The translations under genes and the position numbers were made by a program. A DNA stretch of 32,000 bases from Delftia acidovorans NBRC 14950. Lineage in GTDB: Bacteria; Pseudomonadota; Gammaproteobacteria; Burkholderiales; Burkholderiaceae_C. The notes beneath the pieces are model-generated. The model made no database searches. It saw only the letters and a list, made by a program, of their open reading frames with translations, and was not told the origin of the DNA. Location: the NCBI RefSeq assembly GCF_001598795.1, contig NZ_BCZP01000012.1, positions 150,001 through 182,000 on the forward strand. The letters run 5' to 3'. This document shows, one piece after another, positions 23,007 through 32,000 of this stretch. Numbering within the stretch: position 1 is the first letter of the stretch; every line of letters begins with the position of its first letter.

Positions 23007-24143
23007 TTACAGCGAGGTGGCCAGCATCTGCTCGTAGTCGTCGGCGCTGGCCAGGCGCGGGTTCGTGCCGTGGCAATGGTCCTTGAGCGCGCCGCCGATC
23101 ACGGCCGCGAACTGCGCGCGCTCCACACCCATGGCCGCCAGGCCCGTGGGCAGGCCCAGGCGGGCGTTCATGTCGCGTATGGCTTCGGGAATGTCGCTGC
23201 CCGAGTCCAGGCCCATGGCGTGGGCCATGCGCTGCAGGCGCTGTTCGGCGCGCACGCTCTCGGCCTCGGCATTGAAGCGCACCACGGCGGGCAGGAACAT
23301 GGCGTTCAGCGTGCCATGGTGCAGGCGCGGGTTCACGCCGCCCAGGCTGTGGCTGAGGCTGTGCACGCAGCCCAGACCCTTCTGGAAGGCCATGGCGCCC
23401 TGCATGCTGGCGCTCATCAGCTGGCGGCGCGCCTCGGCGTCCTGGCCGTTGCGCGTGGCGCGCTCGATGTGGGCCCAGCCGCGCGTGAGGCCATCGAGCG
23501 CAATGCCGTCGGCAGGCGGGTTGAAGGCCGCCGCCATGAAGGTCTCCATGCAATGGGCGATGGCGTCCATGCCCGTGGCGGCCGTCAGCATGGCGGGCAG
23601 GCCGTAGGTCAGTTCCGGGTCGCAGATGGCGGCACGGGGCACCAGGTGCCAGCTGTGAAAGCCCAGCTTGCGGTGGTCGTCCACGATGATGATGGCTCCG
23701 CGCGCCACCTCGCTGCCCGTGCCGCTGGTGGTGGGCACGGCGATCAGCGGGGCCACGCGCTCGCTGATGCGCGGCGAGCCTCCCTCGATGGTGGCGTAGT
23801 GCGACAGCGGCCCTTCGTGCGTGGCTGCAATCGCCACGCCCTTGGCGCAGTCGATGGCGCTGCCTCCGCCCACGGCGATCAGGCCGTCGCAGCGCTGCTC
23901 CTGGTAGATGGCAGCGGCCGCGCGCACGGCGGCCTCGGTGGGGTTGGAGGGCGTCTGGTCGAACACCGCATGCGGCATGCCGCCCAGCGCATCCAGCGCC
24001 TTTTGCAGCACGCCAGCGGCCTTGACGCCCTGGTCGGTGACGATCAGCGGCCGCGTGATGCCCACGCGCTCGCACTCCTGGCGCAACAGGCGCACGGCGC
24101 CGAAGTCAAACTGGATCTGGGTGACGTAGTTGATGAAGGCCAT
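23007..24143 (-). CDS. Iron-containing (group III) alcohol dehydrogenase family oxidoreductase
   Basis: 378 aa. NAD-binding GGGS motif (LIAVGGGSAIDCAKG). Metal-binding His clusters are present (MDAIAHCMETF, CVHSLSHSLGG). Confidence 0.9.
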   Translation of the reverse strand: MAFINYVTQIQFDFGAVRLLRQECERVGITRPLIVTDQGVKAAGVLQKALDALGGMPHAVFDQTPSNPTEAAVRAAAAIYQEQRCDGLIAVGGGSAIDCAKGVAIAATHEGPLSHYATIEGGSPRISERVAPLIAVPTTSGTGSEVARGAIIIVDDHRKLGFHSWHLVPRAAICDPELTYGLPAMLTAATGMDAIAHCMETFMAAAFNPPADGIALDGLTRGWAHIERATRNGQDAEARRQLMSASMQGAMAFQKGLGCVHSLSHSLGGVNPRLHHGTLNAMFLPAVVRFNAEAESVRAEQRLQRMAHAMGLDSGSDIPEAIRDMNARLGLPTGLAAMGVERAQFAAVIGGALKDHCHGTNPRLASADDYEQMLATSL

Positions 24144-24420
24144 GGTCGGTGACTCGTTGCGGGCCGTTGCGGCCCGTGGTGGGGATCAGGGGGAGTGCGC
24201 CGAATCTAGACCGCGCGTGCTGCACTGCAAACAAAGCAAACCCTGAGAGGGCGCTGCGGCGGTCACGGGGGCGACAGCGCGGGCATGCGCTGCCATCGCA
24301 TGGCTGCCAGGGCCTTGTGCTCGCGGCACAATGCCTGCTGCGCCGTGCCTGGTCGGCCGCACCTCGCCGGCCGCACCGAATTGCCTTGCCAGATAGTCGC
24401 TACCGAACCTGTCCCTGAAC

Positions 24421-25413
24421 GTGCCCCAGACTGAATCCTCCTCCCATGCCACGCCGCTGCCGGCGTCCCTGACCCACCAGATGCGCGATGTGCTGCGCCG
24501 CATGGAGCGCGCCGCACGCACGCCCCTGCACCAGCTGGGCGCCGAGGGCGCACGTGCTGCCTACGAGGCGGGGGCCGGCGTGCTCGAAATTCCCAAGCCG
24601 GTTCTGCCGCGTGTGGAGGATCTGCAGATTCCCGCGCGCGATGGCGCCTTGCTGCCTGCGCGGCTCTATGCGCCCGTGGAGCGCAGCCAGGCGCCGGCCA
24701 CGGGCCTGCCCGTGCTGCTGTACCTGCACGGCGGCGGCTTCACCGTAGGCAGCGTGGCCACGCACGACGTGCTGTGCCGCCAACTGGCCCATCTGTCGGG
24801 CGCCATGGTGGTCTCGCTGGACTACCGGCGCGCGCCAGAGCACAAGTTTCCCACCGCCCACAACGACGCCTGGGACGCGCTGCAGTGGCTGGCCGCGCAG
24901 GCGGCCTCGCTGGGCGCCGACCCTGCGCGCCTGGCCGTGGGCGGCGACAGCGCGGGCGGCACGCTGGCCGCAGCCTGCGCCATCCATGCGCGCGACACCG
25001 GCCTCAAGCTGGCCCTGCAACTGCTGATCTACCCGGGCACGACGGCGAACCAGGACACCGACTCGCACCGCCGCTTCGCCCACGGGCTGGTGATCGACGA
25101 GCCGGCCATCACCTGGTTCTTCGCCCAGTACCTCAACAGCCCCGCCGACCGCGAGGACTGGCGCTTTGCCCCGCTGCTGGCGCCTGACGTGGACGGCGTG
25201 GCCCCGGCCTGGATAGGCCTGGCCGAATGCGACCCGCTGGTGGACGAGGGCGTGGAATACGCCGACAAGCTGCGCATGTCCGGCGTGCCCGTGGACCTGG
25301 AGATCTACCGGGGCGTGACCCATGAATTCGTCAAGATGGGCCGTGCCATTGCCGAAGCGCGCCGTGCACATGCCGACATGGCGCGCGCCTTGAGCGACGC
25401 CTTCGCGGCCTGA
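24421..25413 (+). CDS. Alpha/beta hydrolase, hormone-sensitive-lipase-like esterase/lipase family
   Basis: Oxyanion motif HGGGF, nucleophile elbow GDSAGG, and acid/His segments ECDPLVDEG and GVTHEF. The start is GTG 24421; an alternative ATG is at 24481. Confidence 0.85.
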   Translation: MPQTESSSHATPLPASLTHQMRDVLRRMERAARTPLHQLGAEGARAAYEAGAGVLEIPKPVLPRVEDLQIPARDGALLPARLYAPVERSQAPATGLPVLLYLHGGGFTVGSVATHDVLCRQLAHLSGAMVVSLDYRRAPEHKFPTAHNDAWDALQWLAAQAASLGADPARLAVGGDSAGGTLAAACAIHARDTGLKLALQLLIYPGTTANQDTDSHRRFAHGLVIDEPAITWFFAQYLNSPADREDWRFAPLLAPDVDGVAPAWIGLAECDPLVDEGVEYADKLRMSGVPVDLEIYRGVTHEFVKMGRAIAEARRAHADMARALSDAFAA

Positions 25414-25424
25414 AGGCCAAGGCG

Positions 25425-25464
25425 CACCAAAACACACCAAAACACACCAAGACACCCCAAGACA
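25425..25464 (+). repeat. 4 x 10-bp C/A-rich tandem repeat (CACCAAAACA x2, CACCAAGACA, CCCCAAGACA) abutting the thioesterase-GNAT gene RBS
   Basis: Read directly. It starts 11 nt after the esterase stop and ends 3 nt before GGAGAG, with ATG at 25484. Confidence 0.85.
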
Positions 25465-25483
25465 ACAGGAGAGAAACACCCCC

Positions 25484-26347
25484 ATGCAACGCCAAGATTT
25501 CCGCACGCTGCAACGCATCGAAGTGCGCTGGTCCGAAGTGGACGCCCAGAAGATCGTCTTCAACGCCCACTACCTGATGTACGCCGACGTGGCCGTCACC
25601 GACTACTGGCGCCAGCTGGGCATGCCCTATGAGTCGTCCTTCGCGGCCCTGGGTGGCGAGCTGTTCGTCAAGAAGGCCACCACCACCTACCACGCATCGG
25701 CCACGCTGGGCGACGTGCTGCATGTGGGCATACGCTGTGCCAGGCAGGGCAATACCTCGCTGTTGTTCGAGGCCGGCATCTTCCGGGGCATGGAACTGCT
25801 CAATACCGTGGAGCTGGTCTATGTGTTCGCCGATGCCACCACGCGCCAGCCGCTGCCCGTGCCGCAGCAGCTGCGCGACGTGCTCACTGCCTATGAGGCC
25901 GGCCAGAGCGTGGTGCGCGTGGCATCGGGCAGTTGGAACGACCTGGGCCGCGACGCCGAGCGCCTGCGCCTGGCCGTGTTCGTGCACGAGCAGGGCGTGC
26001 CGCGCGAGATCGAGATCGACGAATTCGACCCCGTGGCCCGCCACGCCGTGGTCTACAACGGCCTGGGCCAGCCGATAGCCACCGGCCGCCTGGTCAGCGA
26101 CAGCCCCGGCGCGGGCAGGATCGGCCGCATGGCCGTGGACCGCAGCGTGCGCGGCGGCCGCTGGGGCCGCATCGTGCTGGACAGCCTGGTCGAAGCCTCG
26201 CGCCAGCGCGGTGACCGCGAAGTCGTGCTGCATGCGCAGCGCCATGCCGAGTCGTTCTACCTGCGCGCGGGCTTCACGCCGGAAGGCGAGCCCTATGAAG
26301 AGGCCGGCATTCCCCACATCACCATGAGGAAAGCTCTCACCGCCTGA
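25484..26347 (+). CDS. Fusion protein: YbgC/FadM-like 4HBT acyl-CoA thioesterase plus GNAT N-acetyltransferase
   Basis: The N-terminal half has hotdog thioesterase features (VRWSEVDAQKIVFNAHYLMYADVAVTDYWRQLG). The C-terminal half has the GNAT acetyl-CoA motif region (GRIGRMAVDRSVRGGRWGRIVLDSLVE...ESFYLRAGF). GGAGAG lies 9 nt upstream of the ATG. Confidence 0.8.
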   Translation: MQRQDFRTLQRIEVRWSEVDAQKIVFNAHYLMYADVAVTDYWRQLGMPYESSFAALGGELFVKKATTTYHASATLGDVLHVGIRCARQGNTSLLFEAGIFRGMELLNTVELVYVFADATTRQPLPVPQQLRDVLTAYEAGQSVVRVASGSWNDLGRDAERLRLAVFVHEQGVPREIEIDEFDPVARHAVVYNGLGQPIATGRLVSDSPGAGRIGRMAVDRSVRGGRWGRIVLDSLVEASRQRGDREVVLHAQRHAESFYLRAGFTPEGEPYEEAGIPHITMRKALTA

Positions 26348-26366
26348 GCTGCAGGCAGCTCAGGCG
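26341..26366. terminator. Near-perfect 12-bp-arm palindrome between the convergent thioesterase-GNAT and ygfZ genes (candidate bidirectional terminator)
   Basis: CGCCTGAGCTGC AG GCAGCTCAGGCG. It includes the TGA stop at 26345-26347. There is no clear U-tract on either side. Confidence 0.45.
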
Positions 26367-26382
26367 GTGCAAGGCTCAAATC

Positions 26383-27330
26383 TCAGATGTCCTCGCGCAA
26401 CGCGTAGGGCAGGGGCTTGAGCTGCAGCGCCACGGCCTGTGCGGCATCGGCGCGCTGGCCTTCGCCCAGTGCGGCGTGGGCCAGCAGGGGCTGGTCGGCC
26501 GAGCTGGTCTGCATGGAGACGATGGCGTCCCAGCCGCCACCAGGCGCCGGGGCGGCCTGGACCACGGTGCCGGTGGCCTGCTCCAGGTCCTCGGGCGTGA
26601 AGACCTCCATGCCGGTGGCCAGCGGCTGCTGTGCATGGGCAAGGTAGGCGCGGCGCTTGAGCGTGCCCCGGAACTGGCTGCGGGCCACCACTTCCTGGCC
26701 TGGGTAGCAGCCCTTCTTGAAATTCACGCCTTCCACCGATTCGTAGTTGAGCATCTGCGGCACAAAGGCATCCACCACAGGCGCCGACAGCGTGGCAATG
26801 CCGCTGGCGACTTCGCTCCAGAGCCAGTCGGCCTCGCTGAGTGCAGGGCCTTCGGGCAGGGGCGCGCCCACGGGCGCCACGCGCAGGGCGCGCGGCTGGC
26901 CGGCGGCCGGGTACAGGGCGATCAGGCTGGCGTCGCCGTCATCGGTCTTGGTCCAGGGCACGGCTGCCGGGCCCAGGGCCTGCGCGGCGGCATCGCCAGC
27001 CAGCCCGTGCAGCGTGAATTCGGCCGTGGCGTCGCTGAGCTTGCACTTGGCGCGCAGCACGAACATGGACAGGCGCTTGAGCGTGGGCGCCAGCAGGCTG
27101 CGGTCGCACAGCAGCAGGATCTCGTCCTTGCTGCGCTTGAAGCCGATGAAGCTGGCCAGCATGCGGCCCTTGGCCGTGCAGAACGCTGACAGACGCGCAT
27201 GCTGCAGATCCAGCAGCGCGAAGTCGTTGGTCAGCTGTCCATGCAGGAACTGGGCGGCGTCTTCGCCGAGGGCGCGTATCACGCCGAGATGGGAAACGGA
27301 AGCAATGCCGTTCAGTAAAGGCTGGGTCAT
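26383..27330 (-). CDS. ygfZ: Folate-binding YgfZ family protein (Fe-S cluster/tRNA-modification associated)
   Basis: ATG 27330 (MTQPLLNGIASVSHLGVIRALGEDAAQFLHGQLTND). The YgfZ signature KGCYPGQEVVARSQFRG is present. The listed ORF 26383..27624 was trimmed. Confidence 0.85.
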   Translation of the reverse strand: MTQPLLNGIASVSHLGVIRALGEDAAQFLHGQLTNDFALLDLQHARLSAFCTAKGRMLASFIGFKRSKDEILLLCDRSLLAPTLKRLSMFVLRAKCKLSDATAEFTLHGLAGDAAAQALGPAAVPWTKTDDGDASLIALYPAAGQPRALRVAPVGAPLPEGPALSEADWLWSEVASGIATLSAPVVDAFVPQMLNYESVEGVNFKKGCYPGQEVVARSQFRGTLKRRAYLAHAQQPLATGMEVFTPEDLEQATGTVVQAAPAPGGGWDAIVSMQTSSADQPLLAHAALGEGQRADAAQAVALQLKPLPYALREDI

Positions 27331-27355
27331 GGCTGAATTATGATCAGCCGCTCTA

Positions 27356-28390
27356 TTGCTTGCTTGGACCGAGGTTGTGCGCTTTATCTTTCGCGCTTTG
27401 ATGATGTTGCTGGTGCTGGCCGCCGTGCTGGCCGGTGCCGGCTGGTGGTGGCTGAACCAGCCGCTGCCGCTGGCCCAGCCCACGCTGGAGCTGGAGGTCG
27501 AGCCCGGCACCACGCCGCGTGGCGTGGCCCGCGAAGTGGTCAAGGCCGGCGTGCAGACCGATGCGCGGCTGCTGTACGCCTGGTTCCGCGTCTCGGGGCA
27601 GGATCGGCAGATCAAGGCCGGCAACTATGAGCTGACCACGGGCCTGACTCCCTATGTGCTGCTGCAAAAACTCGCGCGCGGCGAGGAATCGCTCAAGGCC
27701 CTGACCCTGGTGGAAGGCTGGAACTGGCGCCAGGTGCGCGCCGCCCTGGCCCGCGAGGAATTCCTGCGCCAGGAAAGCGCAGGCATGGACGACGCTGCCC
27801 TCATGCAGGCCCTGGGCCGCGCGGGCGTGGCGCCCGAGGGCCGCTTCTTCCCCGATACCTATACCTATGCTAAGGGCAGCTCCGACCTGGCCGTGCTGCG
27901 CCGCGCCCTGCACGCCATGGACCGGCGCCTGGCCGATGTCTGGGCGCTGCGCTCGGCCGACACGCCGCTCAAGACGCCCGACGAAGCGCTGATCCTGGCC
28001 AGCATCGTCGAGAAGGAAACCGGCCGCGCGGCCGACCGCGCACAGATTGCCGGTGTCTTCAGCAACCGCCTGCGCATCGGCATGCTGCTGCAGACCGATC
28101 CCACCGTGATCTACGGCCTGGGCGAGAAATTCGACGGCAACCTGCGCCGCCGCGACCTGCAGACCGATACTCCCTGGAACACCTACACCCGCGCGGGCCT
28201 GCCGCCCACGCCCATCGCCATGCCCGGCAAGGCCGCCCTCATGGCCGCCGTGCAGCCCGGACAGACCAAGGCGCTGTACTTTGTGGCGCGTGGCGACGGC
28301 ACCAGCCATTTCAGTGCCTCGCTGGACGAGCACAACCGCGCCGTGAACCGCTACCAGCGCGGCCAGCAAAGCCCTGGGCAAAAGCCCTGA
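27356..28390 (+). CDS. mltG: Endolytic murein transglycosylase MltG (YceG-like)
   Basis: N-terminal TM helix, then the YceG domain with the catalytic region LASIVEKETG and QIAGVFSNRLRIGMLLQTDPTVIYG. The start is uncertain: TTG 27356 as in the track, GTG 27377 or ATG 27401. Confidence 0.85.
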   Translation: MLAWTEVVRFIFRALMMLLVLAAVLAGAGWWWLNQPLPLAQPTLELEVEPGTTPRGVAREVVKAGVQTDARLLYAWFRVSGQDRQIKAGNYELTTGLTPYVLLQKLARGEESLKALTLVEGWNWRQVRAALAREEFLRQESAGMDDAALMQALGRAGVAPEGRFFPDTYTYAKGSSDLAVLRRALHAMDRRLADVWALRSADTPLKTPDEALILASIVEKETGRAADRAQIAGVFSNRLRIGMLLQTDPTVIYGLGEKFDGNLRRRDLQTDTPWNTYTRAGLPPTPIAMPGKAALMAAVQPGQTKALYFVARGDGTSHFSASLDEHNRAVNRYQRGQQSPGQKP

Positions 28391-28447
28391 GATATTACCC
28401 CAGGGCTGCTGCGCTTTGCGCAGCGCTTGCGTATCCTCTCTTTCCAT

Positions 28448-29134
28448 ATGACCACTGCAACTCCCGCCGGCCTGTTCATCAGCTTCGAAGGCATCGATGG
28501 CGCCGGCAAGTCCTCGCATATCGCGTCGCTGGCCCAGGCTTTCCGTGACCAGGGCCGCACGGTGACGCTCACCCGCGAGCCCGGCGGCACGCCGCTGGCC
28601 GAAAAGCTGCGCGCGCTGATGCTGCACGACGCCATGGACCCGCTGACCGAGGCCCTGATCGCCTTTGCCGCGCGACGCGACCACCTGGTGCAGGTGATCG
28701 AGCCCGCGCTGGCGCGCGGCGAAGTCGTGCTCTGCGACCGCTTCACCGATGCCACCTTTGCCTACCAGGGCGCGGGCCGGGGCTTCGACCTGCAGCCGCT
28801 GGCCACGCTGGAGCGCATGGTGCAGACGGGCACCGCCCCCCAGCCCGATCTGCTGCGCGAGCCCCACCTGACGCTCTGGTTCGACCTGCCCGCCGAGGTG
28901 GCCGCCGAGCGCCTGGCCTCGGCCCGTGTCCCGGACCGCTTCGAGTCCGAGCCCGGCAGCTTTTTCGCACGCGTGGCCCAGGGCTATGCGGCGCGCGCTG
29001 CCGCCGCGCCCCAGCGCTTTGCGCGCATCGACTCCAACGCCAGCCGGCATGCGGTCTGGCAGCAGATCACCCAGGTCATGGTGCGCCGGGGCTGGCTGGC
29101 CATCATGGTCGGCGGACAGGCAGGTGCGGCATGA
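28448..29134 (+). CDS. tmk: Thymidylate kinase
   Basis: ATG 28448. P-loop [14 protein letters not shown], a DRF motif ([14 protein letters not shown]), and the expected length of ~228 aa. Confidence 0.95.
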   Translation: MTTATPAGLFISFEGIDGAGKSSHIASLAQAFRDQGRTVTLTREPGGTPLAEKLRALMLHDAMDPLTEALIAFAARRDHLVQVIEPALARGEVVLCDRFTDATFAYQGAGRGFDLQPLATLERMVQTGTAPQPDLLREPHLTLWFDLPAEVAAERLASARVPDRFESEPGSFFARVAQGYAARAAAAPQRFARIDSNASRHAVWQQITQVMVRRGWLAIMVGGQAGAA

Positions 29135-30180
29135 GCGAGTCCCTGCCACAACCGGCCGAGACCGACACCGCCTGGATCGCCGGGCAACGCACGCGCCTGC
29201 TGGCCCAGCGCGGCCACGCCTGGCTGCTGCAGGGGCCTTCCGGCCTGGGCCAGTACGCGCTGTCGCTGTCGCTGGTGCGCGCCTGGCTGTGCGAATCGCC
29301 GTCGCCCCAGGGGGCCTGCGGCCACTGCGGCAGCTGCCACGCCATCGACGTGCGCGCCCATGCCGACCTGTGCGTGCTCATGCCCGAGGTGCAGATGATG
29401 GCGCTGGGCTGGCCGCTGCCCGAGAAGGCCCAGGCCGATATCGACGACAAGAAACGCAAGCCCAGCAAGGAAATCCGTGTCGAGGCCATGCGCGACGCCG
29501 TGGAGTTCTGCCAGCGCACCAGCGCGCGCGGGCGCGGCAAGGCCGTGCTGGTCTACCCGGCCGAGCAGATGAACGCCATCACGGCCAATGCGCTGCTCAA
29601 GACGCTGGAGGAGCCGCCGGGCGATGCCCGCTTCGTGCTGGCCAGCGAGGCGGCCCACCAGCTGCTGCCCACCATCCGCAGCCGTTGCCTGACCCACACC
29701 ATGGCCTGGCCCGATCAGCAAGAGGCCCTGGACTGGCTGCAGGGGCAGGGCGTGGCCCCGGAAGCGGCCGACGTGGCGCTGCGCGCCGCAGGCGGGCGGC
29801 CCGGCGACGCGCTGGCATTGGCGCACAGCGGTGGCGGCAAGGACATGGCCGCATGGTCCCAGTTGCCGCGCGCGCTGGCCAAGGGCGATGTGGCGGCCCT
29901 GGCCGCCTATGCTCCGCCCCATGCCGTGGAGGCCTTGCAGAAGATCTGCCACGACCTGATGGCCCTGGCCGCAGGCGCCGCGCCGCGCTACTTCACGCCG
30001 GCCGACCTGCCGTCGCGGCCGCTGGACATGGGCCTGCTGGCCGAATGGTCACGCGCCCTGGCCCAGGCTGCGCGCACGGCGGACCACCCCTTCAACGCCG
30101 GACTCATGACCGAGGCCCTGGCCGCCGAGGCCCGGCGCGTGCTCATGTCCGGCCAGCCTGCCCGCCAACGCCGGGGATGA
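29131..30180 (+). CDS. holB: DNA polymerase III delta-prime subunit
   Basis: The start overlaps the tmk stop (ATGA). AAA+-like [10 protein letters not shown], Zn module CGHCGSCH and sensor motif IRSRCL are present. Confidence 0.9.
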   Translation: MSESLPQPAETDTAWIAGQRTRLLAQRGHAWLLQGPSGLGQYALSLSLVRAWLCESPSPQGACGHCGSCHAIDVRAHADLCVLMPEVQMMALGWPLPEKAQADIDDKKRKPSKEIRVEAMRDAVEFCQRTSARGRGKAVLVYPAEQMNAITANALLKTLEEPPGDARFVLASEAAHQLLPTIRSRCLTHTMAWPDQQEALDWLQGQGVAPEAADVALRAAGGRPGDALALAHSGGGKDMAAWSQLPRALAKGDVAALAAYAPPHAVEALQKICHDLMALAAGAAPRYFTPADLPSRPLDMGLLAEWSRALAQAARTADHPFNAGLMTEALAAEARRVLMSGQPARQRRG

Positions 30181-30324
30181 GGCGCGGGGAGCGGGGCGTG
30201 GCGGCAGCGCAGCAGCGCGGCGGGGTGCTTTTCGCCACATGAAAGCCCGTCCTGTTAACCTACGGCCCTGGGCCCGGTGCCGATCGCGCCGGCCGCTCAC
30301 CGAACCAATGTCTGCAAACCATCC

Positions 30325-30684
30325 ATGAGCACCGCACCCACCACACCCCGTCCCAGCGTGATGCAACTGGCGATCAAGGAAAAGGCCGCGCTGTACGCCG
30401 CCTACATTCCCATGTTCGCCGAAGGGGGCGTTTTCGTGCCCACGCAGCGTGAGTACCGTCTTGGCGATGATGTCTACGTGCTGCTGACCCTGCCCGACGA
30501 GCCGCAGCGCTATCCCGTGGCCGGCCGCGTGGCGTGGATCACGCCCGCGCGCGCCTCGGGCAACCGCACGCAGGGCATAGGCATACAGTTCCCCAAGGAC
30601 GAGAAGTCCGCCGAGCTCAAGGCCAAGATCGAGAACATCCTGGGCTCGGCCCTGGCCTCGGACAAGGCCACGCAGACGGTCTGA
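30325..30684 (+). CDS. pilZ: PilZ-domain protein (type IV pilus PilZ orthologue type)
   Basis: ATG 30325. About 119 aa with a PilZ beta-barrel pattern (YIPMFAEGGVFVPT...LGDDVYVLLTLPDE...VAGRVAWITP...GIGIQF). It has the conserved position downstream of holB. Confidence 0.8.
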   Translation: MSTAPTTPRPSVMQLAIKEKAALYAAYIPMFAEGGVFVPTQREYRLGDDVYVLLTLPDEPQRYPVAGRVAWITPARASGNRTQGIGIQFPKDEKSAELKAKIENILGSALASDKATQTV

Positions 30685-30705
30685 GTCCTGCACCTGCCTC
30701 TGCCC

Positions 30706-30752
30706 GCATGCCGACACGGAGGAAATGCTCTCCGGTCGGCATGCCTGTTTCT
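30706..30752 (+). terminator. Long stem-loop followed by a T-rich run, between pilZ and ycfH
   Basis: GCATGCCGAC(A)CGGAG-loop-CTCCGGTCGGCATGC gives ~15 bp with one bulge (30706-30744), followed by CTGTTTCT. Confidence 0.55.
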
Positions 30753-30767
30753 GAACCACGAGATTCC

Positions 30768-31580
30768 ATGTTTACCGATTCCCACTGCCATCTGAATTTC
30801 CCCGAGCTGCAAAGCCGCCTGCCCGAGATCCGCGAGGCCATGGCGGCCGCGCGCGTCACGCGTGCGCTGTGCATCTGCACCACGATGGAGGAATTCGGCG
30901 ATGTGCACCAGCTGGCACTGGACCACGACAATTTCTGGGCCACGGTGGGCGTGCACCCCGATACGGAACACATGACCGAGCCCAGCGTGGCCGACCTGGT
31001 CGAGCGCGCCGCCCTGGCGCGCGTGGTGGCCATCGGCGAAACGGGCCTGGACTACTACGGCATGGAAGACCGCAAGGGCGGGCGCACCATTGCCGACCTG
31101 GAATGGCAGCGCGAGCGCTTTCGCGTGCACATCCGCGCGGCACGCCAGACACAAAAGCCCCTGGTCATCCACACGCGCAGCGCCTCTGATGACACGCTGG
31201 CCATCCTGCGCGAAGAAGGCGAGGACGGCTCGGCAGGCCAGGCTGGCGGCGTGTTCCACTGCTTCACCGAGACCATGGAGGTCGCGCGTGCGGCGCTGGA
31301 CCTGGGCTACTACATCTCCATGTCGGGCATCGTTACCTTCAAGAACGCCCAGCACCTGCGCGACGTGGCCGCCTTCGTGCCGGCCGACCGCCTGCTGATC
31401 GAGACCGACAGCCCCTACCTGGCGCCCGTTCCCTATCGCGGCAAGACCAATAATCCGTCCTACGTGCCTTACGTGGCACAGCAGATTGCGCAGGTGCGCG
31501 GCATGGCCGTGGAGGACGTGGCGGCCCTGACCAGTGCCAACTTCGACCAGCTGTTCAAGGGGGTTGTCGCATGCGACTGA
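30768..31580 (+). CDS. ycfH: TatD-family metal-dependent hydrolase (YcfH-type)
   Basis: ATG 30768. N-terminal MFTDSHCHLNF (HxH metal site). Further motifs IGETGLDY, VIHTR, FHCF and IETDSPYL. Confidence 0.9.
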   Translation: MFTDSHCHLNFPELQSRLPEIREAMAAARVTRALCICTTMEEFGDVHQLALDHDNFWATVGVHPDTEHMTEPSVADLVERAALARVVAIGETGLDYYGMEDRKGGRTIADLEWQRERFRVHIRAARQTQKPLVIHTRSASDDTLAILREEGEDGSAGQAGGVFHCFTETMEVARAALDLGYYISMSGIVTFKNAQHLRDVAAFVPADRLLIETDSPYLAPVPYRGKTNNPSYVPYVAQQIAQVRGMAVEDVAALTSANFDQLFKGVVACD

Positions 31581-32000
31581 ATGCTGCGGCCAGTGGCCGC
31601 GTGGGCGTGGACCGGCGCCACTGGCTGGCCCAGGCCGGCCAGGCCGTGGTGGCCCTGGCCGCAGCCAGCGGCGGGCTGGCGCATGCCAGCCAGTACGACG
31701 ATTACGTGCGCGCCATCATCAGCGACAACGAGCGCGCCATGGTCAACCTGATCTTTCGCGGCTTCGACCCCAACACCCGCGACACGCGTGGCCGCCCGGG
31801 CCTGGTGGCCGCCTTGCACCAAGGCTCGCTGGGTGTCTTCGACGTGCTGCTCAAATCCCCGGGCATCAAGGTCAACGAAGCCTCCCAGCAGGGCGAAACG
31901 CCGCTGATGATGGCCTGCATCAAGGGCCACCTTGACCTGGCAAAGGAACTCATACGCCGGGGCGCCGATGTCAACCGCCCCGGCTGGACACCGCTGCACT
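31571..32000 (+). CDS. Ankyrin-repeat protein with an N-terminal export-like signal; 3' end lies beyond the window
   Basis: Not in the ORF track because the frame is open to the window end. ATG 31571 overlaps the ycfH stop. My translation is MRLNAAASGRVGVDRRHWLAQAGQAVVALAAASGGLAHA..., followed by ankyrin consensus (GETPLMMACIKGHLDLAKELIRRGADVNRPGWTPLH). Confidence 0.7.
   Translation, partial: MRLNAAASGRVGVDRRHWLAQAGQAVVALAAASGGLAHASQYDDYVRAIISDNERAMVNLIFRGFDPNTRDTRGRPGLVAALHQGSLGVFDVLLKSPGIKVNEASQQGETPLMMACIKGHLDLAKELIRRGADVNRPGWTPLH

Noticed and set aside
25425-25464. Possibility that the C/A-rich tandem repeats are a CRISPR array or a mobile-element end
   Set aside because: The units are contiguous 9-10-mers without spacers. 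There are no cas, transposase or integrase genes and no flanking inverted repeats or target duplications.

Overview
Very GC-rich, GC3-biased bacterial chromosomal DNA. Gene content and protein sequences look betaproteobacterial, Comamonadaceae-like; this is an inference with no database check. I support 26 protein-coding genes. In order they are: an RND efflux operon (adaptor truncated at the window start, pump, OprM/NodT-type outer-membrane lipoprotein); an ABM-family protein convergent with a DUF72 protein; a 7-blade RCC1-repeat protein translationally coupled to a Tat/lipobox multicopper oxidase; tex followed by an HDOD protein; the accessory-looking locus described below; an AI-2E-family permease fused to a GAF domain; an iron-type alcohol dehydrogenase; an HSL-family esterase; a thioesterase-GNAT fusion; ygfZ; and the conserved mltG-tmk-holB-pilZ-tatD(ycfH) cluster followed by a partial ankyrin-repeat gene. 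No rRNA, tRNA, CRISPR array, transposase or integrase was recognised. The most interesting region is 13.6-20.2 kb. Its minus-strand genes encode a secreted 161-aa protein with an N-terminal poly-Gly tract and three ~39-aa Asn/Gln/Ser-rich imperfect repeats; a secreted 140-aa protein carrying one copy of the same repeat; a lipoprotein that combines a CsgG-like secretion-channel domain with a peptidoglycan-binding domain and a DUF4384-like domain; and a Sel1-repeat protein. A 657-bp intergenic region that becomes locally AT-rich separates them from a divergent LuxR-type response regulator and an intramembrane-type histidine kinase. The layout echoes curli (csgBAC/csgDEFG) and Caulobacter hfaABD, but I see no CsgE/CsgF/CsgC equivalents. 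I therefore propose a non-canonical, probably undescribed CsgG-dependent extracellular fibre or adhesin system. Many long antisense or out-of-frame ORFs in the track are GC-content artefacts and were rejected.
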